From: Octopus sinensis
Taxonomy: Eukaryota
DNA: 64,000 nt
Reading direction: 5' to 3'
NCBI RefSeq assembly: GCF_006345805.1
Contig: NW_021835038.1
Location: 1 to 64,000, forward strand
Shown: in pieces, positions 12,901 through 24,763 of the stretch
Position numbering within the stretch: position 1 is the first letter of the stretch
Layout: the number at the start of each line of letters is the position of its first letter
The notes under the pieces: generated by a model
The model's input: the letters and a program-made list of their open reading frames with translations, nothing else
Database searches by the model: none
Told to the model about the DNA's origin: nothing
Position numbers and translations under genes: made by a program

Positions 12901-13161
12901 CATACGTTGATAAGAGGCAATTACCTCGAAACCGGTCCGTATGTAGTATCCGTATCTTCGGGGAGGCTGATCTCCCTTTACAGGCTAGCAAGGACACCGT
13001 GATAGTGTCAGTCCTTCTGGTGACGTCGATGATCGCCTGGGGCTAAATGCATCAGTAACACCCCCACCACCCCGCCCTGTCCCTAGCCACATTCAGATGG
13101 CTGATCCCCCTTACGTATAGCAGTTACTGTTTTATATCTCGCTCAGAGATTTATTATTGTT
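9928..13161 (+). mobile_element. Penelope-like element: degraded RT + GIY-YIG endonuclease and pLTR-like 3' region
   Basis: LTIKEADKGSAVVVMD (~10035), GDLKLRLIIAGPSCETHRLS, GVSMGTNAAP (~10700), RYLDDCF (~10832), CASENLIYVICSGYSSNYIGSTG (~11650). Several stops and frameshifts. 36-bp direct repeat at 12768-12803 and 13125-13161. (TA)n on both flanks. Confidence 0.9.
12901..12943 (+). ncRNA. Minimal type-I hammerhead ribozyme, U3-A8 core variant, in the PLE 3' region
   Basis: catacg-TTGATAA-gagg-caatta-cctc-GAAA-ccg-GTC-cgtatg: stem I 6 bp, stem II 4 bp, palindromic stem III ACCGGT. Confidence 0.8.
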
Positions 13162-13391
13162 ATATTAATATATATATATATTATATATATATATATATAA
13201 TATTAAAATATTAGGGAATAAATCCAAACTTACAGGGAAAAATTAGATTTGGGATTAAATCCAATTTTATAGTATAAATATATATATTATATTATTATAT
13301 TATATTAAATAGAGATAAAACCACTATTAGGCAATCAAACAGTGGAAAACATAAGCTATATATATATATATAATATACCATACTTGTATCA

Positions 13392-13750
13392 GTTATTAGA
13401 CTACGGCCATGCTGGGGCACCACCTTCAAGTCTTTTTAGTCCAATGATTGGCCCCATATTTTTCTAAAAGCTTTGCACTTATTCTACAAACTAAGTTACG
13501 GAGACGTAAACACACAAACACCGGTTGTCAACGGTGGTGGGCGAAAAACACAGACATGAAGACACACACACATGCACACACACATTTACATATACATACA
13601 CGACTGGCTTCTTTTAGCTTTCATCTACCAAATCCACTCAATGTTTATTTGGCCGAGGCTATATTAAGAGACACCTGCATAAGGTTCCACATAGTGGGAT
13701 TGAATATGGGACCCTGAAGCTGGGAAGCAAGTTTCTTATCATACAGCCAC
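13392..13750 (-). mobile_element. SINE family A, diverged
   Basis: Full family-A layout with more substitutions. Confidence 0.8.
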
Positions 13751-14384
13751 TAGTTTACTGTTTTGTTAGTACTCCATCCAGTGAGGGATAGATATCTTTT
13801 AATATACACAGTATAAAGATACCAGCTACAAATAGTTACTTGCTTTGGAGACACGTATCTAAGCTGGTTTTTATAATACGCTTTGTATCTTGAAGTAATT
13901 TTCAGGCTCTGAGCACATTGTCTATTCCATTTGAAAAACAGAACGCTTGTACATGAAAAGATCACAATAAAAAACGAGAAGGTTGATGCAAAAAGTGGAC
14001 GGGTGAAAAATTGGAAAAGAAAGAAAACTGGAGTTACCTCCCCAAGGGCGATAAAAGTCATAATTGAACTAGTTGAAGAATAGATAAACGGTGTGGGGTC
14101 CAAAGTCTGCGAGACAGCTGCTCAATCCTGAGAGGGTGGTGTTCTACAGTTCGCCAAAAAAAAAAAATAAATAAATAAATAAATAATAATAAATTTGGTA
14201 AAAATTTTGGTTCTGGAATTAAGGAGTGCAACGGAATCCTTTGATCGAAAAAGAATGCGTTATCTTTCAGCAAAGCTTAAGTTGCGTTTATTAGATCCAT
14301 TTACATATGACAGGGATTTTCCCTACGATTCTCCATTTGAATGTGTCGACCACCAGATAACCATACAATAAAAAAAAACAATCA

Positions 14385-14868
14385 TCATTATCATTGTCGT
14401 CGTCTTCTTCTTCTTCGTCGTCCTCGTCGTCGTCGTCATCATCATCATCATTCTCATCCTCATCAACGTCGTCATCGTCCTCGTATCATCATTGTCAACA
14501 CACCATCAACTTTTCGTCCTCCTTCCTTCCTCTCCTCCTGCACCTCCCCTCCTCCTCCTCCTCCTCCTCCTCATCATCATCATCATCATCGACGTGGTGG
14601 TCGTCGTAGTTGTCATCATTATCATCATTATTTTCACCATCGTCGTCACTGTCGTCGTTTTCGTCATCGTCATCATCACCACCACCACCACCACCACCAC
14701 CACCGCCGCCATCATTATTATCGTCGTCATCATCATCATCATCATCATCACCATCATTACCATCATCGTCATCGTTGACGTCATTTCTGTCGCCGTCGTT
14801 TTCGTCGTTATCACCGCTATCATCAACAACAATAATCACCACAGTAACAACAACAACAACAACACAAC

Positions 14869-14901
<33 letters not shown>

Positions 14902-14960
14902 GACAATAACAACAATAACAACGGCAACAACCACAACAGCAACCACAACAACATCAATGA
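14385..14960. repeat. Compound trinucleotide microsatellite (CGT/CAT/CCT/CAC/CAA)
   Basis: Direct inspection. Source of the poly-S/H/T/D ORFs. Confidence 0.9.
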
Positions 14961-14984
14961 TAACAGCCAGGAAGAAACTTATCC

Positions 14985-15213
14985 GGCAAGCTGGCAGAAA
15001 CGTTAGCACGCCAAGCGAAATGCTTAGCGGTATTTTGTCCGCCGTTACGTTCTGAGTTCAAATTCCGCCGAGGTCGATTTTGCCTTTCATCCTTTCGGGA
15101 TCGATAAATTAAGTACCAGTTTCGCACTGGGGGCCGATGTAATCGACTTAATCCCTTTGTCTGTCCTTGTTTGTCCCCTCTATGTTTAACGCCTTGTGGA
15201 TAATAAAGAAATT
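14985..15213 (+). mobile_element. tRNA-derived SINE, family B
   Basis: ggcaagctggcagaaacgttagc...gagttcaaattccgccgagg. TSD aagaaactt(a/c)tcc at 14972-14984 and 15214-15226. Confidence 0.92.
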
Positions 15214-15227
15214 AAGAAACTTCTCCG

Positions 15228-15430
15228 TGGTCGCACGAACTGCTAGAAATCGCAGCCAAATCTCTCTCATATCTCACCCTAGAGACTTAAATATGATAGC
15301 AAGATAACACTAGGAACTATTATCTTGGATACAATATGCTTCGAACGAAAAGTGCCTGTCAAGGACTGGAATACGTTTTGATGGAAGGCCTGCTTCCTCC
15401 ATAAGAGATGTCTCAGGGTTAAACAAGAAC
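15228..15430 (+). repeat. Diverged 3' part of another interspersed repeat (family F); related antisense fragments at ~560-630, 30215-30400, 31895-31955, 32085-32125, 33020-33050
   Basis: Recurring motif ctgctagaaatagcagccaaatctc(c)c / gagatttggctgctatttctagc. Confidence 0.55.
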
Positions 15431-15637
15431 CAGAAACCAGGATTTCCTCGTCTTTCAGCCAATGTAAACAATTAACTTCCTTTCATCCTATTTGAAAAAT
15501 GTCACTTTTTCAAATACTTGTATGACCTGTGATTCTATAAAAATAAATAACCACGGCAGGCGTACATATGGTAATACAATTATGTGTTGTGCGTGTGAGT
15601 GTGTTTGTGTGTGTGTGTGTTGTGTGTGTGGTGTATG

Positions 15638-15675
<38 letters not shown>

Positions 15676-16035
15676 ATATATATATATATATATAATATAT
15701 ATTATATAATATATATTATATATATATATATACATATATATACATACTTATGTGTGTGTGTGTTTTTGTGCGTATGCGTGTGTGTACGTGTGTGCGTGTA
15801 TGTGTGTGTTGTGCATGTGTGCATGTATATATATATATATATATATATATAATATGCGTGTGGGTGTGTGTTGTAAGTGTATTTATGCATGTATGTATAT
15901 GTGTACAATTCAGACACGCGCATACATAGAAGTGTGTGAGTGTGTGTGTGTGTTGTGTGTGTGGTGTGTTGTGTGTGTAGCTAGCAAGCCAGCTAGATAG
16001 ATAGATAGACAGACAGATATTATATATTGATAGAC

Positions 16036-16079
<44 letters not shown>

Positions 16080-16080
16080 G

Positions 16081-16157
<77 letters not shown>

Positions 16158-16180
16158 GTGTATATTCATGTGTTGGTATA

Positions 16181-16402
16181 CAGTAATCCCTCGACTATCG
16201 CGGATGTTACCTTCCCAAACCTCCGCGATAGGTGAAAACCCGCGATAGGTGAAAACCCGCGATAGGTGAAAACCCGCGAAGTAGAAAAAGTAGAATTTTT
16301 TCTTTCATTATTTTAAAAATTTGTATATATTTATTTTATTATAAATGCAAAATACCACAGAGGAATCGACGTAAACTTAAATAATAAACTGCGATATGGC
16401 GA
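16181..16402. mobile_element. Tigger/pogo-type MITE, right TIR truncated
   Basis: TA|cagtaatccctcgactatcgcg start, related to the left end at 34965. 17-bp unit cgcgataggtgaaaacc x3. Ends gcgatatggcga as at 37602-37613. Confidence 0.8.
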
Positions 16403-16590
16403 CCTCGTGTGTACCGTTGGCGATTTTTTTCCCTCTGTCTTCCCTTCTCTGGATCTTTCCTTCTCTATGTTTCTAACGAAGAGCTCCGCTCGAAACGTTA
16501 AACTCTCCTTCTATCCTTCTTTCCTATATATACTATATTTGTTCCACGTCCTGGCGTTGTTGTGTTTTTTTTTGCTTTCTTGTTTGAATT
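16403..16590 (+). repeat. ~185-bp mini-element with a degenerate hammerhead, ending in (TA)n
   Basis: gttt-CTAACGA-a-gagc-tcc-gctc-GAAAcGTT-aaac (16469-16504). G5A would inactivate it. Confidence 0.55.
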
Positions 16591-16601
16591 AACTACATAT
16601 A

Positions 16602-16643
<42 letters not shown>

Positions 16644-16913
16644 TCTTTTATCGTTTTTATCTTTACTTGTTTCATTCGTTAGACTACGACCATCATTGGG
16701 CGTTGCCTTGAATTTTTAGTCGAACAAACTGACTACGTACAAGTTTTTTTAAAAATCCTGATACTTATTCTATCGGTCTTTTTTTTTTCCAAAACGCTAA
16801 AATACGGGGTCGTAAACACAGCAAGCTGGGGACAAATACAGACACGCACAATGACACACTCGCACTCACACGCACACATGCGTGCGTGCATATATATATA
16901 TATTATATATATA

Positions 16914-16956
<43 letters not shown>

Positions 16957-17023
16957 TATTTATTATATAGAAGGAGCTTCTACAGGACTAGAACTGTTTT
17001 CTTCAAGAGAAATCTTCAGGAAT

Positions 17024-18121
17024 AATATTACATTATATATAAGGGCTTAGTAAAATAAATTACTTTGCCACACATACTGAACTCATTAGAAATAGCAGCT
17101 AAAGAAATTTCTTCAGCTATTTCTAATACTTAAAGAAGATCTCTCTCAGATAGTGTTTGCCTAAACCAACTCACAAAGGTATGGGGAAAAACATTAAAAA
17201 ATCAAGTGCAAAGGTTATTTGAGAACGTACGTTTCTAGATTAGTCAATTCGACATTTCTTTCGTCGTCAGCTCAGAATTCCTTGAATCGGATTTGGGACA
17301 CTGAAAGTTAGGAGCATACCCTTTCGGCTTCTTATCACTTCTAGAATTCTGCTCGAACTAAAAGTGCTATCAAATCCGAATATTGCAAGCGAAGAATTTC
17401 TGCTCTCCCCTTTCCACCAGCGTGGGTTAAATTGACAAACACCATGTATTAACGTGAAAACCGCAGCATTTAAACAGAGAGATGATTATAATTTCAACAA
17501 TTGAGGGTAAAATTAATTAATTATTATCAATTTCACCAAGTATTCAGTATGTAAGGGACCATTTTAGCGCATTCAAATATTACATTATATATAAGGGCTT
17601 AGTAAAATAAATTACTTTGCCACATACTGAACTCATTAGAAATAGCAGCTAAAGAAATTTCTTCAGCTATTTCTAATACTTAAAGAAATCTCTCTCAGAT
17701 AGTGTTTGCCTAAACCAACTCACAAAGGTATGGGTGAAAAACATTAAAAAATCAAGTGCAAAGGTTATTTGAGAACGTACGTTTCTAGATTAGTCAATTC
17801 GACATTTCTTTCGTCAGCTCAGAATTCCTTGAATCGGATTTGGGAACACTGAAAGTTGGGAGCATACCCTTTCAGCTTCATACCTTTGTGAGTTGGTTTA
17901 GGAAAACACTATCTGAGAGAGATCTTCTTTAAGTATTAGAAATAGCTGAAGAAATTTCTTTAGCTGCTATTTCTAATGAGTTCAGTATGTGGCAAAGTAA
18001 TTTATTTTACTAAGCCCTTATATATAATGTAATATTTTGAATTCGCCTAAAATGGTCCCTTTACATACTGAATACTTGGTGAAATTGATTAATAATTAAT
18101 TAATTTTACCCTCAATTGTTG

Positions 18122-18125
<4 letters not shown>
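17024..18125. repeat. Direct + inverted repeat block (PLE pseudo-LTR-like architecture)
   Basis: 17024-17331 is repeated at 17576-17879. 17879-18125 is the reverse complement of 17491-17732. Copies are near-identical. Confidence 0.9.
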
Positions 18126-18156
<31 letters not shown>

Positions 18157-18195
18157 TAAAAAATGGAGCTAACGCAGGTTTAAACAAGTATTTTT

Positions 18196-18281
18196 ACTTT
18201 CGACACATGTTTCGAAAATTCCACTGATACTATTCAAAAGAATAAATGGTATAAACAATGCAATCTTCTCTTCGGGAAAGT
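18196..18281 (-). ncRNA. Type-I hammerhead ribozyme motif with long stem II (U4C substitution)
   Basis: Minus strand: actttc-CCGAAGA-gaagatt...aattttc-GAAA-catgt-GTC-gaaagt. Stem I 6 bp perfect, stem II 7 bp plus extension. Confidence 0.7.
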
Positions 18282-18399
18282 GAAAAAAACGAAACTCGTC
18301 AACACGACATTTTAGCAAAAAAATGATGGATTTGTATAGCGATAGACAGAACGCTATTAATATTGTTTAAAAAAACGTTATATGATATAACGTCATAAG

Positions 18400-19110
18400 T
18401 AGCTAACAGAAAGCGAGCCACTGAGAGCCGCGGCAGCCCGTCGAGGTAGGATGTGAAATCCATCCTGCCACCCGGCTCACCGCTATTCCCGAACATTTGA
18501 GCAAAGCGCCGCTGAAAGGCCGCACACATCTGTTTTGGAACAGTTATCATTTGCCCGTCGTGGTCCGACAACGATCGAATCCAGGATTTATTGCTATGCT
18601 GTGCCTCATCCACTCGGGCCCATTCAACGACTTTCGTCCCTTCGTGTCTAAGTGATCATGCCTTAGCTCTGACAACGTAACCTTCGTGTTTCGCGTTGAA
18701 GAATTTGACTAGTTCTGCCCCTACTGTTTCTTTCTACTGCTAGTCCTTTGCAAGACCTTATAGATTCTATTCTAATCGCCCTTTTCAGGGCGAACCATAA
18801 TTTATTCTGGATTATTGCTGCCTTAACTTGTTCACTTATCCGGTATCTGAAATCTTTACGCGTCGGCAACGAGGTGTTCAGTTTCAAGTAACCGGGTTCC
18901 TGTCTATGAAGCCTATCTAAGTCGACTGTACTGATGACGAATTTGTGGTCTGTGTAGTCGGCTACTTTAAATTGTGGACAACTTAGGCTATCCTTATCTG
19001 CTACTCTACAGAATAATACCCTACCTAGATACGTTCTGGATGACCCGATGTTGTTTGATCAGGTCTACGCTGGCATATCAGCGAAATCCAATCGATACCT
19101 GTCAATAACA
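18400..19110 (-). mobile_element. Tx1/L1-type ORF2 fragment (APE endonuclease C-terminus and linker)
   Basis: SSRTYLGRVL...DYTDHKFV...RQEPGYLKLNTSL, then WIRSLSDHDG..QMCAAFQRRFAQMF...FTSYLDGLPRL. Confidence 0.8.
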
Positions 19111-19493
19111 GGAAGTATTTTGAATTGATAAAATTTTGCTGAATCTTATCTAATGGCTGTTTTACTGAAAAATAACATTTATGGTGGCGTAGCTGTGAGG
19201 GTGCGGCGACTGTTGGCGATAGATAAAGCTGTTGTTTGTAGTTGTTGCTGTTGTTGATGGTGGTGTGGCGGCGGTGGCGCTGGTGCTGGTGGAGCTGGTG
19301 GTGGTGATGGTGGTGGTGGTGTAAGTGATGTTCGTTGGTAGTGGTGAAGTTGTTAGTGGTGATGTTCTTGGTGGTGTGGTGTGGTGTGGTAGTAGTTGTG
19401 ATGGGTGTTGTTGTTAAGGTGATGGCAGAGTTGCTGTTGTTAGTAGTGTTGTTGTCGGTGGTTGTATGATCATTATCATGATTACCATCATCC

Positions 19494-19542
<49 letters not shown>

Positions 19543-19543
19543 A

Positions 19544-19583
<40 letters not shown>

Positions 19584-19846
19584 GTTTAGTAGTAGTGTAG
19601 TAGTAGTAGTATAGGTAGTAGTAGTAGTAGTAGTAGTAGTAGTGTGGTAGTTGTAGTTGTTATGATAGCGATAGTGTGGTAGTGGTGGTGGTGGTGGTGG
19701 TGGTGGTGGTGGTGGTGGTGGTGGTGGTGAGGTAATGTTGCTGATGATGCTCGAGCAGTCCCAACATGGACTGCAACTCAACACTGACAGTAATAGTACT
19801 GCAGCTGCTCATGCTGTTGCTGTTGCTTCTGCTACTGCTGTTGCTG

Positions 19847-19892
<46 letters not shown>

Positions 19893-19974
19893 GTGTAGTA
19901 TTATTACTACTACTGCCGCTAACCATCCACCACCAACACCACCAACACCACTACTACCAATGCCAGTGCACGCG

Positions 19975-20328
<354 letters not shown>

Positions 20329-20348
20329 ATAGATAGATAGATAGATAT

Positions 20349-20410
<62 letters not shown>

Positions 20411-20426
20411 TAATATATATATATAT

Positions 20427-20501
<75 letters not shown>

Positions 20502-20598
20502 GATAGATAGATAGATAGATATCGAAGGCCGTCCAGTATGTTGTAACGTTTATGGCTCACACACACATACACATACATATATCCAGTAGCCATCATCT

Positions 20599-20642
<44 letters not shown>

Positions 20643-21009
20643 TATATATATATATTAATATATATATATAATATATATATATATATGCACGTATGTACGC
20701 ATACACGTCCTATATTTGTATTCGATGTTTATCCAAAGTCATTGCAGTTTTTATTAGACGTCTACTCTTGTAATTTGTACCTCGAATGTGTTGTAGATTT
20801 GTACCTTCAATTATCCTTCAAACACCTCCGTGTGAAACAATCAACATGTCATCTGGTCACCACTGAACCCGTTATCCTAGTGATGTGAAATGACGATAAG
20901 TGAATGAATAAATCTCTAAGTATTTCCTCTAAGTATTTAAGACAACACTAAAATTATTGTTATATTTGGGAATGGTCATTTTTACCAATAAACAAACGCA
21001 ATATTTAGT

Positions 21010-21920
21010 TGATCTTGCGCGGCATATGTAGCGCGACATGTGTGGCAAGATAAGATATCCAATGACTAAATCTCAGAAAAAGGATATTTTTCTAGTATCG
21101 AAAGCATGTTGATGAAAATTCAGTGCAGATGGACAGGACATGTTCGAATGAGAAATGACCGCATTCGGAAAATGGTTCTGTAAGACCAACAAGTGGAGGG
21201 ATACCGCGACAAAGGAAGACCAGTTCTTAGGTATAAGGATAAGTTGAAGCAATCGTTAAAATCTCAACAGCTTAACATGACATCTTAGAAAATTCATTGC
21301 CTAGATTGACCTGCAATGGCGTAAAATGACTGACGATGCATCAAACCAATTTGAGTTGAAGAAAAAGAACAATAGAAGAACTATATCAACAGACGCAGGA
21401 GTGGCTGTGTGGTAAGTAGCTTGTTTACCAACCACATGGTTCCGGGTTCAGTTCCACTGCGTGGCACCTTGGGCAGGTGTCTTCTACTATAGCTTCGGGC
21501 CGACCAAAGCCCTGTGAGTGGATTTGGTAGACGGAACTGAAAGAAGCCCGTCGTATATATGTATATATATATATGAGTGTATGTGTGTCTGTGTTTGTCC
21601 CCCTAGCATTGCTTGACAACCGATGCTGGTGTGTTTATGTCCACGTTACTTAGCGGTTCGGCAAAAGAGACCGATAGAATAAGTACTGGGCTTACAAAAG
21701 AATAAGTCCCGGGATCGAATTGCTCGATTAAAGGCGGTGCTCCAGCATGGCCGCAGTCAAATGACTGAAACAAGTAAAAGAGTAAAGAGTAAAAGAGAGA
21801 CACATTTGCCCAATTCCAGGCTAAATCAAAATTATCAATGTCCCCATTGTGACTTCATAGCAAAATCCATTCCTGGATTGAAATCACATTCACGCAACCA
21901 TCGCAAACAGATGCAGCTCC
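21010..21920 (+). mobile_element. RTE-clade LINE 3' fragment with terminal C2H2 finger, interrupted by a SINE
   Basis: WQDKISN..IESMLMKIQCRWTGHVRMRNDRIRK..KGRPVLRYKDKLKQSLK; after the SINE, YQCPHCDFIAKSIPGLKSHSRNH. Confidence 0.75.
21392..21797 (+). mobile_element. SINE family A, full length
   Basis: gacgcaggagtggctgtgtggtaag...aaacaagtaaaagagtaaagag. Confidence 0.93.
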
Positions 21921-22075
21921 TTACTGTTTTTCTTTTTTTCTTTATTTTCTTCCTTCCTTCCTTCCTTCCTTCCTTTCTTTCTTTCTTTTTTTCTTCTTTC
22001 TATTACTCTCTTTAACATTACTCCTCTCCTTCACTCATACGTCGAAACCGACGGGAGCGACAGTCATCATCGTCA

Positions 22076-22129
<54 letters not shown>

Positions 22130-22132
22130 TAC

Positions 22133-22212
<80 letters not shown>

Positions 22213-22338
22213 ATTATTATTATTATAGTTATTTATTAGAGTCTTTTGTTACGCGTTCTGTGATTTCTTCAATGACTTTCTGTTGTTTCTGGTCTCTCTT
22301 CTTCTCTCAATGAGTGACGAAAATTCTGTGGCAAATAA

Positions 22339-22397
<59 letters not shown>

Positions 22398-22399
22398 TG

Positions 22400-22452
<53 letters not shown>

Positions 22453-22559
22453 GATGATGATAGTGATGATTATGATGATGATGATGATGATGATGATAGC
22501 AACAATAATAATAGCAATAATAATAATAATAGCAATAATGATGATGATGATGAGGATAT

Positions 22560-22762
22560 AAGCACTTAACTACCAACATGGCTGAAAAAGATTGGTGCAA
22601 GTGTGAAGGTAGAACATCTACAAGAATCAGCATTGCTTGGAACTGCAAGAATTTTTTGCATGGTTCTTGAAGCATGACCAGTAAACAAGTGTCACTTTCG
22701 TCTGCTGGGTGTGGACAGCTGACACTTTCCCTCATACCCAGCAAAATAAGCTGTGGGGTTTC

Positions 22763-22765
<3 letters not shown>
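22560..22765 (+). mobile_element. Extremely 5'-truncated R4/Dong-clade 3' end in (TAA)n
   Basis: WLKKIGASVKVEHLQESALLGTARIFCMVLEA* plus ~90-bp UTR with hairpin, then (AAT)n. Confidence 0.8.
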
Positions 22766-22801
<36 letters not shown>

Positions 22802-22821
22802 TAATAATAATAATAATAATA

Positions 22822-22854
<33 letters not shown>

Positions 22855-22939
22855 TAATAAATAATAATAATAATAAATAATAATAATAACAATAATGATA
22901 TAATAACAATAATAATAATAATAATATAATAACAATAAC

Positions 22940-22986
<47 letters not shown>

Positions 22987-23170
22987 TAATAATCATAATA
23001 ATATAATAATAATAATAATGATAATAATCATAATAATAATAATAATAATAATGATGATAATAATAATAATAATAATTATATTATTATTATAATAATGATA
23101 ATAATAATAATGATAATAATCATAATAATAATAATAATATCATAATAATCATAATAATATAATAATAATA

Positions 23171-23206
<36 letters not shown>

Positions 23207-23554
23207 TATAATAATAATAATGATAATAATAATGATAATAATAATAATAATAATGATAATAATGATAATAATAATTATAATAATGATAATAATAATAATA
23301 ATAATTATAATAATGATATAATAATAATAATAATAATAATAAATAATAATATAATAATATAATAATGATAATAATCATAATAATAATAAATAATAATGAT
23401 AATAATCATAATAATAATAATAATAATAATGATGATAATAATAATAATAATTATTATTATTATTATTATAATAATGATAATAATAATAATGATAATAATC
23501 ATAATAATAATAATAATAATCATAATAATCATAATAATAATAATAATAATAATG

Positions 23555-23606
<52 letters not shown>

Positions 23607-23716
23607 TAATAATAATAATAATGATAATAATAATGATAATAATAATAATAATAATGATAATAATGATAATAATAATTATAATAATGATAATAATAATAAT
23701 AATTATTATAATAATG

Positions 23717-23762
<46 letters not shown>

Positions 23763-23790
23763 TGATGATGATGATGATGATGATGATCAT
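22766..23790. repeat. ~1-kb imperfect (AAT)n array
   Basis: Direct inspection. Confidence 0.95.
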
Positions 23791-24650
23791 AAAGCTAAGG
23801 TGAAGTTCAAATAAATAATGTGTGCGTTTTAGGACTTAATATGGATATATTTCAGAAAAGCTGTGTAATAGGAAATTGAATAAGTTCACTGCTCATTTTT
23901 CCGTTCTTTTGTCATGTGTGTGTGTGTGTGTGTACTGGACTGGCTTCTTTCAGCTTTTGTTTTCCGAATCCACTGACAAGGCTTTGGTTCGCCCAGAACT
24001 ATAGTAGAACACCCTTGCCCAAGGTGCCACACTGTGGGACTGAACTCAGTCGGGAAACAAACTTATCTGACGATCAGAAATCAAATCAATAAATGCTTTA
24101 GGGAGCTCTGACTTTTTCAAGGATTCTATCCAAGATAGCTAATTTGTCGGCCACGTTTCGTGAATTAATGCAGTGTTCTTGAAAGAAGCAGAATATTACA
24201 TGCATTGATGACTCCATTCGTTCTCCGTCGTGATTCTAAATAGCTATGGCTGTTTAGAATCATAATTTATTAAAAGAAAATTTAATTAATTGATTGTCTG
24301 GTTAATTTTTCTGTCAGTCAATCAGGTAGGCTAATCAATTGACAAATAATAAGAGAAGTTAAACAGAACCAGTGCGTGTGTTCATTATTGGCATAATAAC
24401 CCTCCCAAGAATCAACAAATCGTCATTTATTTAACAGATTAGTCACTTGATTATTTAATTAATTGTTTGGTCAGTCAATTAGGGAGGTTAACCAATTGGC
24501 TAATAATAATGAAAGAAGTGTTTCAAAACCAGTGCGTGTGCTTATAATGAGCATAATGACCCTCCCAAGATTGCCTTTTATTTAACAAATTTATTTATGC
24601 ATTGTTTGATTATTTGTTTGGTCAATCAATAAGATAGGCTACTCAATTGT

Positions 24651-24720
<70 letters not shown>

Positions 24721-24763
24721 CAACAATAATAACAATAATAATAATTATAATAATAATAATAAT

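Noticed and set aside
16226-16276. Short direct repeats as a CRISPR-like array
   Set aside because: No spacers; these are subterminal repeats of a Tigger MITE in a eukaryotic context.
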